Assembly: GCA_963697675.1 (NCBI GenBank)
Contig: CAVOOW010000010.1
Location: forward strand, 73,230-137,229
DNA: 64,000 nucleotides
Origin: an uncultured Actinomycetota bacterium
GTDB lineage: Bacteria; Actinomycetota; Actinomycetes; JACCUZ01
Direction: 5' to 3'
Below the pieces are notes generated by a model. It did not search any database. It had not been told where the DNA came from and worked only from the letters and a program-made list of their open reading frames with translations. Position 1 is the stretch's first letter, and each line of letters opens with the position of its first letter. This document shows, in pieces, positions 20,527 through 30,430 of this stretch. Made by a program: the position numbers and the translations under genes.

Positions 20527-21010
20527 GTGGCCCTCGCCTCCGGTGTGCTCGCGGCGGCTCTGCTGCTCGCCGCCTGCGGCGGCGGGTACGCCTCCACCAC
20601 ATCCAACAGCTCGGGCGCATCGGCTAAGAAGACCCAGAATGCCAACGCCAATGGCAGCCAGACCGTCCAGACCGGCAAGACCTCCGCCGGCAACGTGCTG
20701 GTCAACTCCGAGGGCATGACCCTCACGCCTTCGCGGCGGACTCACCCGGCAAGTCCACCTGCACCGGAGCCTGCGCGGCGTACTGGCCGCCGGCTGCGGC
20801 CTCCGGCTCGCTGAGCCACTCGCCGGAGGTGTCGGCCACACTCGGCACCATCAAACGCTCGGACCGGTCGACCCAGCTCACCGTCAACGGCTGGCCGATG
20901 TACACCTACTCAGCGGATTCCGGTCCGGGCCAGGCCAGCGGGCAGGGCGAGAACCTCTCCGGCGGCCTTTGGTGGGTCGTGGCTGCCTCCGGTGCACAGA
21001 TCAAGTTGAC
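20527..21010 (+). pseudogene. Lipoprotein of the COG4315 family (Y-x-[FWY]-x-x-D repeats), 1-nt frameshift near 20730
   Basis: Lipobox LLLAACGGG. After shifting frame at ctcacgcc the sequence reads [27 protein letters not shown]...TVNGWPMYTYSADSGPGQASGQGENLSGGLWWVV. Confidence 0.5.
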
Positions 21011-22417
21011 AGCTCGGACTCACCACGGACTCACCAGTCGGCCGGACATGATCTTGACCGGCCTAAAAGCCCAGGTCGCCGCACTCCCAGCATCGGCGTC
21101 GGTGGTCGGCGCAAGTCCTGCTGCACCATCACGTGCTCGACGACGATGCCGTCAGGGTCCACCATCACCACGCGCGGTGGACGTATGGCGGGTCAGAGGT
21201 CCGGAACCAGCGTCAACGAGGGGCAGGGGCCAGCAGATTGTTCCGGCGAAAGTCGATCGCTACGCGGCGCTCGTGTTCAGCATGCGTTGGTTCCCATCCG
21301 GTTGCGCTGCGCTGCTCATGGTCCTGGAGTTCGACTGAGCTCACCCAGCGAATCTGCTCAAGGTCGCAGACGCGATGGTGCTCCAGCCCGCGCACGAAGT
21401 AGTACACCGACACCTGCCATCGCCCGTGGCGCTTCCATTGGTCCTCGACGTGCGCGTCCATCCAGATCCCAGGCTGATGCTCCACGGAAACGTAGGTCAC
21501 GGAAGGGCCTTCCTCGAGCGACTTGACCGCGGCCGCTGCTGGACTCCGGATCCTCGGCTACTACCCGATGGGCACGCTCGGCAACCGCTATGCGCTGCGA
21601 TCTCCGAATCGCCCGCGCCTTCTTCGGCGGATGCCCCCGATCTCCTCCCTGACAGGTTGTCGAAGTGGGCGCACAGTCGGGGAGGCTCGCGCGTTCATGG
21701 TCAGCCTGGTAGCGCAGCTCGGAAGACCGCGAGCCAGCCCGCGCTCGCCAGTGGTGGTGATCGCCATAGTCAACTCGGGCGAGCCCGTGGGGAGAGCTTT
21801 ACCGCGGAGGTCATTGGCAGCGCTCCCACGACGGGCGTAGGTTCGACAGCCTCGATTGAGGGCGTGCGCGCATTGCCACAGCTGACCGGAAGCAACGTAC
21901 CGCCGCAGCGCGCCACTCTGCCGGCAGTGTCGAAGCAGCAGCGGGTGCAATACGCCATCCTGTTGCAGATCCTGGAACACGAGACCGCCAACCGGCGCAA
22001 GACAGCGGCGGTCTGTCCACGCACCGACCACAGCGACTTCGATGAAGCCCTCCTGCACCTTCTCATCGATGGGTCACTTGCGGCCCCCACACCGCAACTC
22101 GCCACTCTTGCCGAGCTCGCGGAAGGCGGCTGGCTCACAGTCACCGACCGCGGACGCGCGCGCCTCTACGGCGAACACTGCTGAACGCCGAGGCTTATCA
22201 CGGACTCGCGTGGTGAACCTCAGCGGTTAGCCCAATCGCCTGCGCACGCACGTGGCGGGCTACATCATGAAGGCGGATCCCGGGGGCGACCATCGCCATT
22301 CCGTTTGGCACGGCGGGCGGCAGGTCGGCAGGGGTGCAGCGGGGCGGACGCTCTCCACGGACCTGGAGCCGCGGGTGGGCGTCGCTTCTTGTTCCCCTGC
22401 GCCTTATCGATCAAAGC

Positions 22418-22448
22418 AACGCCCCCCGGTGGACAGCCGGGGGGCGTT
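22418..22448. other. Perfect 12-bp G/C-run hairpin
   Basis: aacgccccccgg-tggacag-ccggggggcgtt in a gene-free region. Confidence 0.4.
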
Positions 22449-22637
22449 CAGTGCGCGCTCCGCTACCTGTGCGCGGTGGCCTGCCGGGCCCCCCACCCTT
22501 GGACCCCCCCGGGACCGAGATGCCTGGCAGGCCGCCGCGTTATGGGTGACCTTCCTCTCTTGACCTGCGCGTCGCCATGGTCAAAGCGGGCCAATTCCTC
22601 AGTTCCATGACGTGTTAGGCCTTCGGTGCAGGTGCAA

Positions 22638-22716
22638 CACTCCAAAAGGCTCGCTCCCTCGGGGATAGGTGAGCCAGCCCGCGCCGCCGTTTCCCCCGAT
22701 CCGGCGGCGCGGGTCT
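22638..22716. repeat. Hairpin-containing repeat module, copy 1
   Basis: cactccaaaaggctcgctccctcgggg...agccagcccgcgccgccg-N10-ccggcggcgcgggtct. Copy 2 is at 22984..23084. Confidence 0.45.
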
Positions 22717-22983
22717 TTGTCGTATACCGAGGCGCGGTGTTGTGTGCTGGCAGCCCACTCCGGTCCCGCGAAGGCCCAGCGGGGACAAAGACCGACGCGT
22801 TGCCGGAGCAGTTCAGGATGCCGCGGCGGACCTCCGAGCCCCCCGTCCCGTGGCCCCCATGGACCGAGACTTCTCAATGACCGCCGCGGCGTCCTCAGAG
22901 ATTTGCCCGCCAATTCGCCCCGTTGCCAGGGTCAGATCGGGTCCCTGCCGTACCACCCCTGACGGGCCACGGAATCAGGCGCA

Positions 22984-23084
22984 CACTCGAAGAGGCTCGC
23001 CCTCAGCAGGGGTCCCCCGGGCCTTCGGGGGACTAGCGAGCCAGCCCGCGCCGCCGACACCCCACGAGCCGGCGGCGCGGGTCT
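22984..23084. repeat. Hairpin-containing repeat module, copy 2
   Basis: cactcgaagaggctcgccctcagcagggg...agcgagccagcccgcgccgccg-N12-ccggcggcgcgggtct. Confidence 0.45.
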
Positions 23085-23272
23085 CGCCCGGGACCTACCG
23101 CCGTTCGGGCGCCGGCTGCTGCGCCCCACGGGCCGGCACTGCTCTGCGTCGTACAACCGGTAGTGCTGCATCCCAATGCCCACGTAGATGCGCTATGGGG
23201 CTGACAGGTAACCACGCTGGCACCATCGGCGAGGTTGAGTGCTGGTGCCAGTGGACGTCATCGCAGGTCAAA

Positions 23273-23446
23273 GCGGTGGGCCCCGTGGGACTCGAACCCA
23301 CAACCTACGGATTAAAAGAGGATTCTGGCCGCTGTCAACGCCCCAGGTCAGAGCGTCCCGCTGCCTTTCACCTGCGTAAACGACACTGGACGACTCTCGT
23401 CGGTTCCGGCTGGTTTCGGAAGCATTGCGGACTCAGTGCGGACCAG
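23273..23446 (+). repeat. tRNA-Lys 3'-half repeat, copy D (tRNA 3' half + conserved arm; non-native flank)
   Basis: ggtgggccccgtgggactcgaacccacaacctacggattaaaag | aggattctggccgctgtcaacgccccaggtcagagc...cacctgcg...ctctcgtcggttccggctggtttcggaagcattgcggactcagtgcggaccag. Confidence 0.75.
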
Positions 23447-23990
23447 ACGAACCAGCCCCGCGGTCTACACCTCTCTGGAGTCCGGCTGGTGGCGGTGTAC
23501 GCGTGGCATCGAGTATCTCGGCTCGGCGCTTCACCGCGGGGAAGCGGGTGTTGACGCGCGAGGCGCCTCTTCTTCTCAGTGGTGCGCGATCGTGGCGGAA
23601 TGCAGCGACGTCAACAACTCGGCGAGGCTCACGACGGGCGGCAGGGTCGGCGACCCCGGGCTCAATAAGCTGACGATGTCGCCACCATCACGGCGTGCGC
23701 TGCGCAATGGGGACCGGCGATCGGGGCGGACGCTGATCGCTTGGTTGACTGGGGCATCGCATTCGCGGGGGATGATTGCCCTCCAGCTCGCCACGTCACC
23801 GAACGCCTCGCACGAACGAATACACGCCTACCTGGACCTCGCCTTTCAGGCCCCGAGATGAGCCACGGCTTGCGGCAGCCGCGGGCGCACGTCTGCCAAG
23901 AAGGACAATTGCCGCGTGCCATTACGGATAGCCGCATGCGGTGCTCGAGAAACCGCCGCCTCCGCGCCCATCGCGCCTACCATCCGGGTC

Positions 23991-26567
23991 ATGGACCTGT
24001 GGGAGCGTGGGTCGGCGCTCGACCTGCTCGATGGGCTGCTGCGCGAGAGCGGCAACCGCGGACGTGTCGCGCTCGTCGCCGGTGAGGCGGGCATCGGCAA
24101 GACCTCGCTGGTGACCGAGTTCGCCCGGCGTGCGGGCTCGCAAGCCCGGGTGCTCTGGGGGGTCTGCGACCGATTGGTCACACCCCGAGCCTTGGGCCCG
24201 CTTCATGACATCGGCCGGTTGACCGGTGGTGTGCTCGCGGAACGCGTGAGCGCGGGGGCGACCCAGGAGGCGATCTTCGACGCATTCCTCGACGAGATCT
24301 CGCAGCCGGCCGAGCGGTTAGGCCCGGTGGTCGTCGTGGAGGACGCGCACTGGGCCGATGAGGGGACTCTCGACTGGCTGGCGTTCCTCGGTCGTCGGCT
24401 CGATCGCCGCTCGACGCTGCTGGTGCTGACCTATCGCAGTGACGAGGTGGGTCCGGAGCATCCGCTGCGCGGTGTCCTGGCGGCGTTGCCAGCCTCCACC
24501 GCGCGGCGTGTGCCGGTCGCTGCGCTGACCCGTGACTGTGTCCGCGAACAGGCACGCCTGGCCGGACGGGACGCGGATTCCGTCTACCGGCTGGCGGGTG
24601 GCAACCCGTTGCTCGTGACCGAGCTGCTCAAGAGCGACAGCGACGACGTGCCCGGCGCGGTGCAGGACCTGATCCTCGATCGGATCCGCGCGCTTTCCGC
24701 GCCGGCCCGCGACGTGGCGCACCTGGTGGCCGTCGTACCGACCCGTGCGGATGCGGTCGTCGCGGCATCGTCCGGCGCCGTCGACGAGTGCATCGCAGCG
24801 GGCGTACTGGTCGAGTCCGGTGACGGTGTGTCCTATCGGCACGAGCTGCTGCGTAGTGCCGTCGAGGACTCGCTGTCGCCGGCTCGCCGCGCCGCGCTGC
24901 ATGGGCAGGTGCTGGAGATCCTGTCCGGCCAGCCGGGCGTCGACCCGGGTCGGCTGGTGCACCACGCCCGCGCCGCCCGCGACGCCGACGCAGTGCTCCG
25001 GTTTGGTCAGCTGGCAGGGGCGAGTGCGGTGCGGCAGGGCGCGCATCGGGAGGCCGCGGCGCACTTCCAGGCCGCTGTCGCCCACCGTGCGCGAATCCCG
25101 GAGCCGGAGCAGGCCGCGCTGCTCGAGCAGTACGCAACCGCGGCCAACCTGGCCGGGTGGCACGAAGAGGCGTTGCACGCGCGCGAGGCCGCTGCCGTGA
25201 TCAGGGAGACGCTCGGACAGTCCGACCTGTTGGGCGAGAACCTGTGCTGGATCTCCAGGTTGTCCTGGTGGACCGGGCGCATCGCCTCGGGGCGTGAGGC
25301 GGGGGCGCGTTCGGTCACCGTGCTCGAGGGCGCGCCACCGTCGACGTACCTCGCCCAGGCCTATGCGAACCAGTCGGCGCTGCACCTCACGACGCACGAG
25401 CTCGACGACGCCGTCCGGCTGGCGGAGCGGGCGCGTGACCTCGCCGAGGAGTTCGGCGACGAGGTGGTCGCGATCTACTCGACCATCACCCTGGGCACGG
25501 CGTGGCTCGTGACCGACCCGCCGCGAGGTCGCGCGGTGCTCGAGGCGGCGCACCAACGGGCGCTCGCGGGGGGCTACGTCGAGCACGCTGCGCGGGCGTT
25601 GGCGAGCCTGTGCCTCGTGCCTGCGGACGAGCTGGCGGAGTACGACGCTGCCGCTCCGGCGATGGACCGCTCGCTTGCGTTCAACGAGGAGCACGACCTT
25701 GAGGGCATGTTGCTTATGGTGCTCGGCGCGCGGGCAAAGCTGCGACTGGAGCGCGGCGACTGGACCGATGCGCTGACCGACGCCGAGGCCACGCTGGCGC
25801 GGTCCGGCCTGCGAGGCGTCAACGCGGCGTTGCCGTTGGTGACCAGGGGTCGCATCGAGGCCGCCCGCGGTGCCCCGGATGCGCTGGCCACGCTGGACCT
25901 GGCGTTGCGCGCGGCGGAAGGTGTCGGCGACGTGCCCTTGGTCGTGCCCGTCGCGGATGCTCGCGCGGAGTACTGGCTGTGGTGTGGCGAACTCGAGCAC
26001 GCGCGCGAGGAGGCGCGGCGTGGCCTTTCGTTTGCCGGCGCTGCCGGTCAGCCGTTCCTGATCGGTCGGCTCGCGTGGCGGCTGTGGCAGTGCGGTGGCA
26101 CGGACGAGATGCCGGCGACGGCAGCACTGCCTTTCCGGCAGATGGTCCACGGCGAATGGTCCGAAGCCGCCGCAGAGTGGGAGCGGCGCGGTGGCACCTA
26201 TCTGCGCGCTGAAGCGCTGGCCCTCGGTGACGAGCCGGCAGCCGGTGAGGCGTTGCGCATCCTGGACGGTCTGGGCGCGACGCGCCCGGCGGACCATCTG
26301 CGGGCGCAGCTGCGCAAGCGCGGGATCCTGCGGGTGCCGCGCGGCCCGCGCCGTGCGACCGCGGCCAACGCGGCCGGGCTGACGCCGCGACAAGTTGACG
26401 TGTTGGTCCTGCTGGTCGAGGGCCTGTCGAACGCGCAGATCGCGGCGCGGCTGACGTTGTCGCCGAAGACCGTCGATCATCACGTCCACGCTTTGTTGCG
26501 CACGCTCGGCGTGGCCAACCGCGGCCAGGCGGTCGCCGTGGCACACCGGCGCCAACTCGTGGGTTGA
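23991..26567 (+). CDS. Large ATP-dependent transcriptional regulator, LuxR family (N-terminal AAA/STAND ATPase, TPR-like middle, C-terminal LuxR HTH)
   Basis: MDLWERGSALDLL...VAGEAGIGKTSLV (Walker A)...VVVVEDAHWAD...C-terminal LTPRQVDVLVLLVEGLSNAQIAARLTLSPKTVDHHV. Confidence 0.8.
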   Translation: MDLWERGSALDLLDGLLRESGNRGRVALVAGEAGIGKTSLVTEFARRAGSQARVLWGVCDRLVTPRALGPLHDIGRLTGGVLAERVSAGATQEAIFDAFLDEISQPAERLGPVVVVEDAHWADEGTLDWLAFLGRRLDRRSTLLVLTYRSDEVGPEHPLRGVLAALPASTARRVPVAALTRDCVREQARLAGRDADSVYRLAGGNPLLVTELLKSDSDDVPGAVQDLILDRIRALSAPARDVAHLVAVVPTRADAVVAASSGAVDECIAAGVLVESGDGVSYRHELLRSAVEDSLSPARRAALHGQVLEILSGQPGVDPGRLVHHARAARDADAVLRFGQLAGASAVRQGAHREAAAHFQAAVAHRARIPEPEQAALLEQYATAANLAGWHEEALHAREAAAVIRETLGQSDLLGENLCWISRLSWWTGRIASGREAGARSVTVLEGAPPSTYLAQAYANQSALHLTTHELDDAVRLAERARDLAEEFGDEVVAIYSTITLGTAWLVTDPPRGRAVLEAAHQRALAGGYVEHAARALASLCLVPADELAEYDAAAPAMDRSLAFNEEHDLEGMLLMVLGARAKLRLERGDWTDALTDAEATLARSGLRGVNAALPLVTRGRIEAARGAPDALATLDLALRAAEGVGDVPLVVPVADARAEYWLWCGELEHAREEARRGLSFAGAAGQPFLIGRLAWRLWQCGGTDEMPATAALPFRQMVHGEWSEAAAEWERRGGTYLRAEALALGDEPAAGEALRILDGLGATRPADHLRAQLRKRGILRVPRGPRRATAANAAGLTPRQVDVLVLLVEGLSNAQIAARLTLSPKTVDHHVHALLRTLGVANRGQAVAVAHRRQLVG

Positions 26568-26627
26568 GCGGGCCCCTCGCGCCCGCGGGGTGCGAGGCTC
26601 CGCAGTTCGTGGACAGGAGAGTGCGCC

Positions 26628-28253
26628 GTGGGGATGTTGGAACTGGCCGGGGATGCGTACGCGCGGCGTGCCTGGGGCGAGGCGTTTGCGCGGTTGACCG
26701 CCGCGGATGCGGATCAGCCGCTGACCCCGCTGCACCTCCAGCGTCTGGCGGTCGCTGCGCACTGCATCGGGAAGACGGACGAGTCCACCGACGCCTGGGG
26801 GCGTGCGCACGCTGCCTGCCTTGAGTGCGGCGACGTCGAGAATGCCGCTTTGGCTGCGGCCTGGTGCGCGTTCGGACTGATCACTCGTGGCGAGTTCGCG
26901 CTAGGCAGCGGTTGGTTGGGGCGCGCGCAAGCGCTCTGCGAGGAACACAATCTCGACTGCCCGGCACGGTGGTTCGTTCTCGGGCAGATGGCCGCGGCGA
27001 GCATGTTCAGCGGCAACTACGCGGCCGCATTGGAGATGTTCCAAGAGACCCAGGGCAATGCCGACCGGATGCGTGATGCCAACGGCATGACGCTGAGCAG
27101 GCTCGGCCGGGCACAGTGCCTCACCCAGCTCGGTCGCGGTCGCGAAGGTCTGCAGTTGTTCGACGAGGTGATGGTCTTTCTCAGCACCGACGAGGTGTCG
27201 CCGCTCGCCGCTGGTCTCGCGTACTGCGCCGCGATCGAGTCCTGCCAGCGGATTCTCGACGTCCGCCGCGCCCAGGAGTGGACGGCCGCACTGACGCGCT
27301 GGTGCGACGAGCAACCCGATCTGGTGCCTTACCGCGGCAACTGCCTGGTTCACCGCGCCGAAATCCTCATGTTGCACGGCGCCTGGCCGGAGGCCTACGA
27401 CCAAGCTGAACGCGCCCGCGACTGGCTCGCCGACGTCGCGGGCACCTCCGTCGGCAATGCGTATTACCGGCTCGGCGAGCTGCACCGGCTCCGCGGGGAG
27501 TACCTCGAGGCCGATGCGGCGTATAAGCAAGCAAGCTTGTACGGACAGGAAACCCAACCGGGCCTCGGGCTGCTGCGCCTCGGGCAAGGTCACATCGACT
27601 CCGCGACCGCGGCGATCCGCCGCGCGCTCGACGAGACTACGGATGTCATCTTGCGTGCGCATCTACTCGGCCCGCAGGTCGATGTGGCGCTCGCCGCCGA
27701 CAACGTGCCGACCGCCCGCGCGGCAGCCGACGAGCTGTCCGAGATCGCCGCGCGGTTCGACGTGCCGCTGCTGCGCGCCATGGCGATGCACGCCGATGGC
27801 GCGGTGACGTTGGCCGAGGGCGACGCACCGGCCGCATTGGGGCGCCTGCGTTCGGCCTGGACGCGTTGGCAGGAGCTAGAGGTGCCGTATTACGGCGCCC
27901 GGGTGCGCGTGCTGATCGGCGAGGCGTGCCGCGCGCTCGGCGATGAGGACACCGCCGAGATGGAGCTCGATGCGGCCCGCTGGGTCTTCCAGGAACTGGG
28001 CGCAGCGCCCGACCTCGCCAGGGTGCAGAAGCTGTCGAAGCGGCCTGCGACAAGGGCACCGGGCGGCCTGTCGCTGCGGGAGACGCAGGTGCTGCGGCTG
28101 GTTGCCGCTGGCAAGACCAACCGGGCGATCGCCGCCGAACTGTTCCTCAGTGAGAAGACCGTGCATCGGCATTTGAGCAACATCTTCACCAAGCTCGACG
28201 TCGGCTCACGGTCCGCCGCGACGGCCTACGCGTTCCAGCACGACCTGGTCTGA
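26628..28253 (+). CDS. LuxR-family transcriptional regulator with TPR-like N-terminal domain
   Basis: C-terminal LSLRETQVLRLVAAGKTNRAIAAELFLSEKTVHRHLSNIFTKL. Confidence 0.8.
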   Translation: MGMLELAGDAYARRAWGEAFARLTAADADQPLTPLHLQRLAVAAHCIGKTDESTDAWGRAHAACLECGDVENAALAAAWCAFGLITRGEFALGSGWLGRAQALCEEHNLDCPARWFVLGQMAAASMFSGNYAAALEMFQETQGNADRMRDANGMTLSRLGRAQCLTQLGRGREGLQLFDEVMVFLSTDEVSPLAAGLAYCAAIESCQRILDVRRAQEWTAALTRWCDEQPDLVPYRGNCLVHRAEILMLHGAWPEAYDQAERARDWLADVAGTSVGNAYYRLGELHRLRGEYLEADAAYKQASLYGQETQPGLGLLRLGQGHIDSATAAIRRALDETTDVILRAHLLGPQVDVALAADNVPTARAAADELSEIAARFDVPLLRAMAMHADGAVTLAEGDAPAALGRLRSAWTRWQELEVPYYGARVRVLIGEACRALGDEDTAEMELDAARWVFQELGAAPDLARVQKLSKRPATRAPGGLSLRETQVLRLVAAGKTNRAIAAELFLSEKTVHRHLSNIFTKLDVGSRSAATAYAFQHDLV

Positions 28254-28341
28254 CACGCGAATGGGTATTTCTTCCGATGCTGCGGCCCCGGCGTCGCTCC
28301 TACCGTTCCCAGCAACGAACAACGACTGGGAGCGATCCGAG

Positions 28342-29454
28342 ATGGGCGACAACACCGAGTACGTCGAGACGGTCATCGTCGGGGGCGGGCAGGCCGGCCT
28401 CGTCGCGGGATACGAGCTGAAGAAGCGGGGCCGCGAATTCGTCATCCTCGACGCGCAGGCCCGCGTGGGTGACGCATGGCGCAACCGCTGGGACTCGCTG
28501 CGCTTGTTCACTCCAGGGCGTGACTGCGAGTTGCCCGGCCTGCGATTTACCGCTCAGCGGAGCCTGGCGCCGACAAAGGACGAGATGGCCGACTACTTGG
28601 AGGCGTACGCCGCGCACCACAACCTGCCTGTGCGCAATAGCGCCCGCGCGACGGGGCTGAGCAAGTCCGGCAACCTGTTCCTGGTCACGACGACGTCTGG
28701 CGAGTTCACCGCGACGAACGTCATCATCGCAAGCGGTTCCTACTGCGATCCGAAGGTGCCGCTCTTCGCCGACGACCTCGACCCGCACATCGTGCAGCTG
28801 CACTCGCAGGCATACCGCAACCCATCGCAACTGCAGCCCGGCGGCGTGCTGCTCGTCGGCGGTGGCAACTCCGGAGCCGACATCAGCCTCGACGTCGTCC
28901 AAACGCGTCCTACATGGTTGGCCGGGCCAGAGGTGCCTCACATCCCGCCGAACATCGACAAGTGGTTCGCACGGATGGTCGTGGTCCGAGCCGTGCGGTT
29001 CGCGCAGCGCAACGTCCTGTGCCTGCGCACGCCCATTGGCCGCAGGGCCGCGCCGAAGATGCGTGGCAAGGCAACCCCGCTGATCCGCGTCAAGCCGAAG
29101 TGGCTGGCCCGCGCCGGCGTGCAGCGCGTCGGTCGGGTCGTCGGCGTCCACGACGGGCTCCCGCAGCTCGAGGACGGTCAAGTACTTGACGTCACCAACG
29201 TGATCTGGTGCACCGGCTATCGGCACGACTTCCCGTGGATCGACCTCGACGCTGCGTTCGACGAGCACGGCTCGCCGGTCCATGCACGCGGCGTGTCCAC
29301 CGAGGTCACCGGGCTCTACTTCGTCGGCCTTGAGTTCCAGTTCGCGCTGGCATCGGCGTCACTCTGGGGAGTCGCGCGCGATGCGGCGTACGTCGTCTCG
29401 CACCTGGACCACCACATGACCACTCGGCCGAAGCTCGCCCCCGCGGCGGCCTGA
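28342..29454 (+). CDS. Flavin-containing monooxygenase-like NAD(P)/FAD-binding oxidoreductase
   Basis: MGDNTEYVETVIVGGGQAGLVAGYEL...second dinucleotide site LLVGGGNSGADIS. Confidence 0.75.
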   Translation: MGDNTEYVETVIVGGGQAGLVAGYELKKRGREFVILDAQARVGDAWRNRWDSLRLFTPGRDCELPGLRFTAQRSLAPTKDEMADYLEAYAAHHNLPVRNSARATGLSKSGNLFLVTTTSGEFTATNVIIASGSYCDPKVPLFADDLDPHIVQLHSQAYRNPSQLQPGGVLLVGGGNSGADISLDVVQTRPTWLAGPEVPHIPPNIDKWFARMVVVRAVRFAQRNVLCLRTPIGRRAAPKMRGKATPLIRVKPKWLARAGVQRVGRVVGVHDGLPQLEDGQVLDVTNVIWCTGYRHDFPWIDLDAAFDEHGSPVHARGVSTEVTGLYFVGLEFQFALASASLWGVARDAAYVVSHLDHHMTTRPKLAPAAA

Positions 29455-30147
29455 CGGCCGCGTCGCCGGCTGCGCACCGGCGCCAACTCGTGTTGGGGCG
29501 GCCGCTCGCGCCTACGATCCGGTCATGGAGCTGTGGGAGCGCGCGGATGCGCTCGAGCTGCTCGATGCTGTGTTGCGCAAGTGTGCCGGTGAGGGGGGTG
29601 GCGTTGGTCGCCGGCGAGGCGGGGATCGGGAAGCCGTCACTGGTGGCCGAGGTCGCGCGACGCTCGCGGGAGCGGGTGCGGGTGCTGTGGGGTGCGTGCG
29701 ACCGGTTGGTGACGCCGCGCGCGTTGGGGCCGTTGCAGGAGCCGGCCCGCCAGACCGGAGGTGAGCTGGCCGCGCGGTTGTCGGCCGGGGGCCGGGCAGG
29801 AGGCGATCTTCGCGGCGTTCCTCGACGAGCTGTCCGATCCACCGCACGGGTTGGGTCCGATGGTGGTGGTGGAGGACGCGCACTGGATGGATGAGGCGAC
29901 CCTCGACTGGCTGGCCTTCCTTGGTCGGCGTACCGATCGCCTGTCGGTGCTGCTAGTGGTGACCGACCGGGACGACGAGATGGGGCCCGAGCATCCGTTG
30001 CGGGGTGTCCTCGGGTCGCTGCCGGCGGCGAGGTCGCGTCGGGTCGTGGTGCCGGAATTGTCGCGGGAGTGCGTGTTGGAGCAGGCGCGGCTCGCCGGGC
30101 GGGACGCGCAGTCGGTAGCCGCGCACCGGTTGAACCTGCTGCCTTGA
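29455..30147 (+). pseudogene. Truncated, frameshifted paralogue of the N-terminus of the AAA-LuxR regulator, preceded by a 35-nt copy of the regulator's 3' end
   Basis: gcgcaccggcgccaactcgtgttgg is about 85% identical to 26535-26567. MELWERADALELLDAVL...VALVAGEAGIGKPSLVAEVARR...VVVEDAHWMDEATLDWLAFLGRR...GPEHPLRGVLGSLPAA is spread over three frames. Confidence 0.6.
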
Positions 30148-30199
30148 TCGAAGCTGATCTCTACGCGCAACTTAGGGAGATCTCCCGATTCAGCCCCTA

Positions 30200-30430
30200 G
30201 TGGGGCGCTCCTACCTTGGCGGGCACGACGACGACAGATCTTGGGAGAGCAGAACCGTGCGCCTCATTCATGACGACCTCGCTCAGGCAGAGCGATTCCT
30301 CCGCCTTGAGAGCCTCATCGACCGCGAGCGGACGCTGCGCACGGCTGCCGCCTTTCGCGCCATCCGCCGGGCCGAGCGCGCGGCCACCCGAGCGCGTCAC
30401 CTGCTCGTCCGGTCAGGGGTCCAGTCATGA
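30200..30430 (+). CDS. Small hypothetical protein
   Basis: Its stop overlaps the downstream start (ATGA at 30427-30430). Confidence 0.3.
   Translation: MGRSYLGGHDDDRSWESRTVRLIHDDLAQAERFLRLESLIDRERTLRTAAAFRAIRRAERAATRARHLLVRSGVQS

Noticed and set aside
24318-26810. 830-aa minus-strand ORF
   Set aside because: It is the antisense of the AAA-LuxR regulator. No domain content and Arg/Pro-rich.
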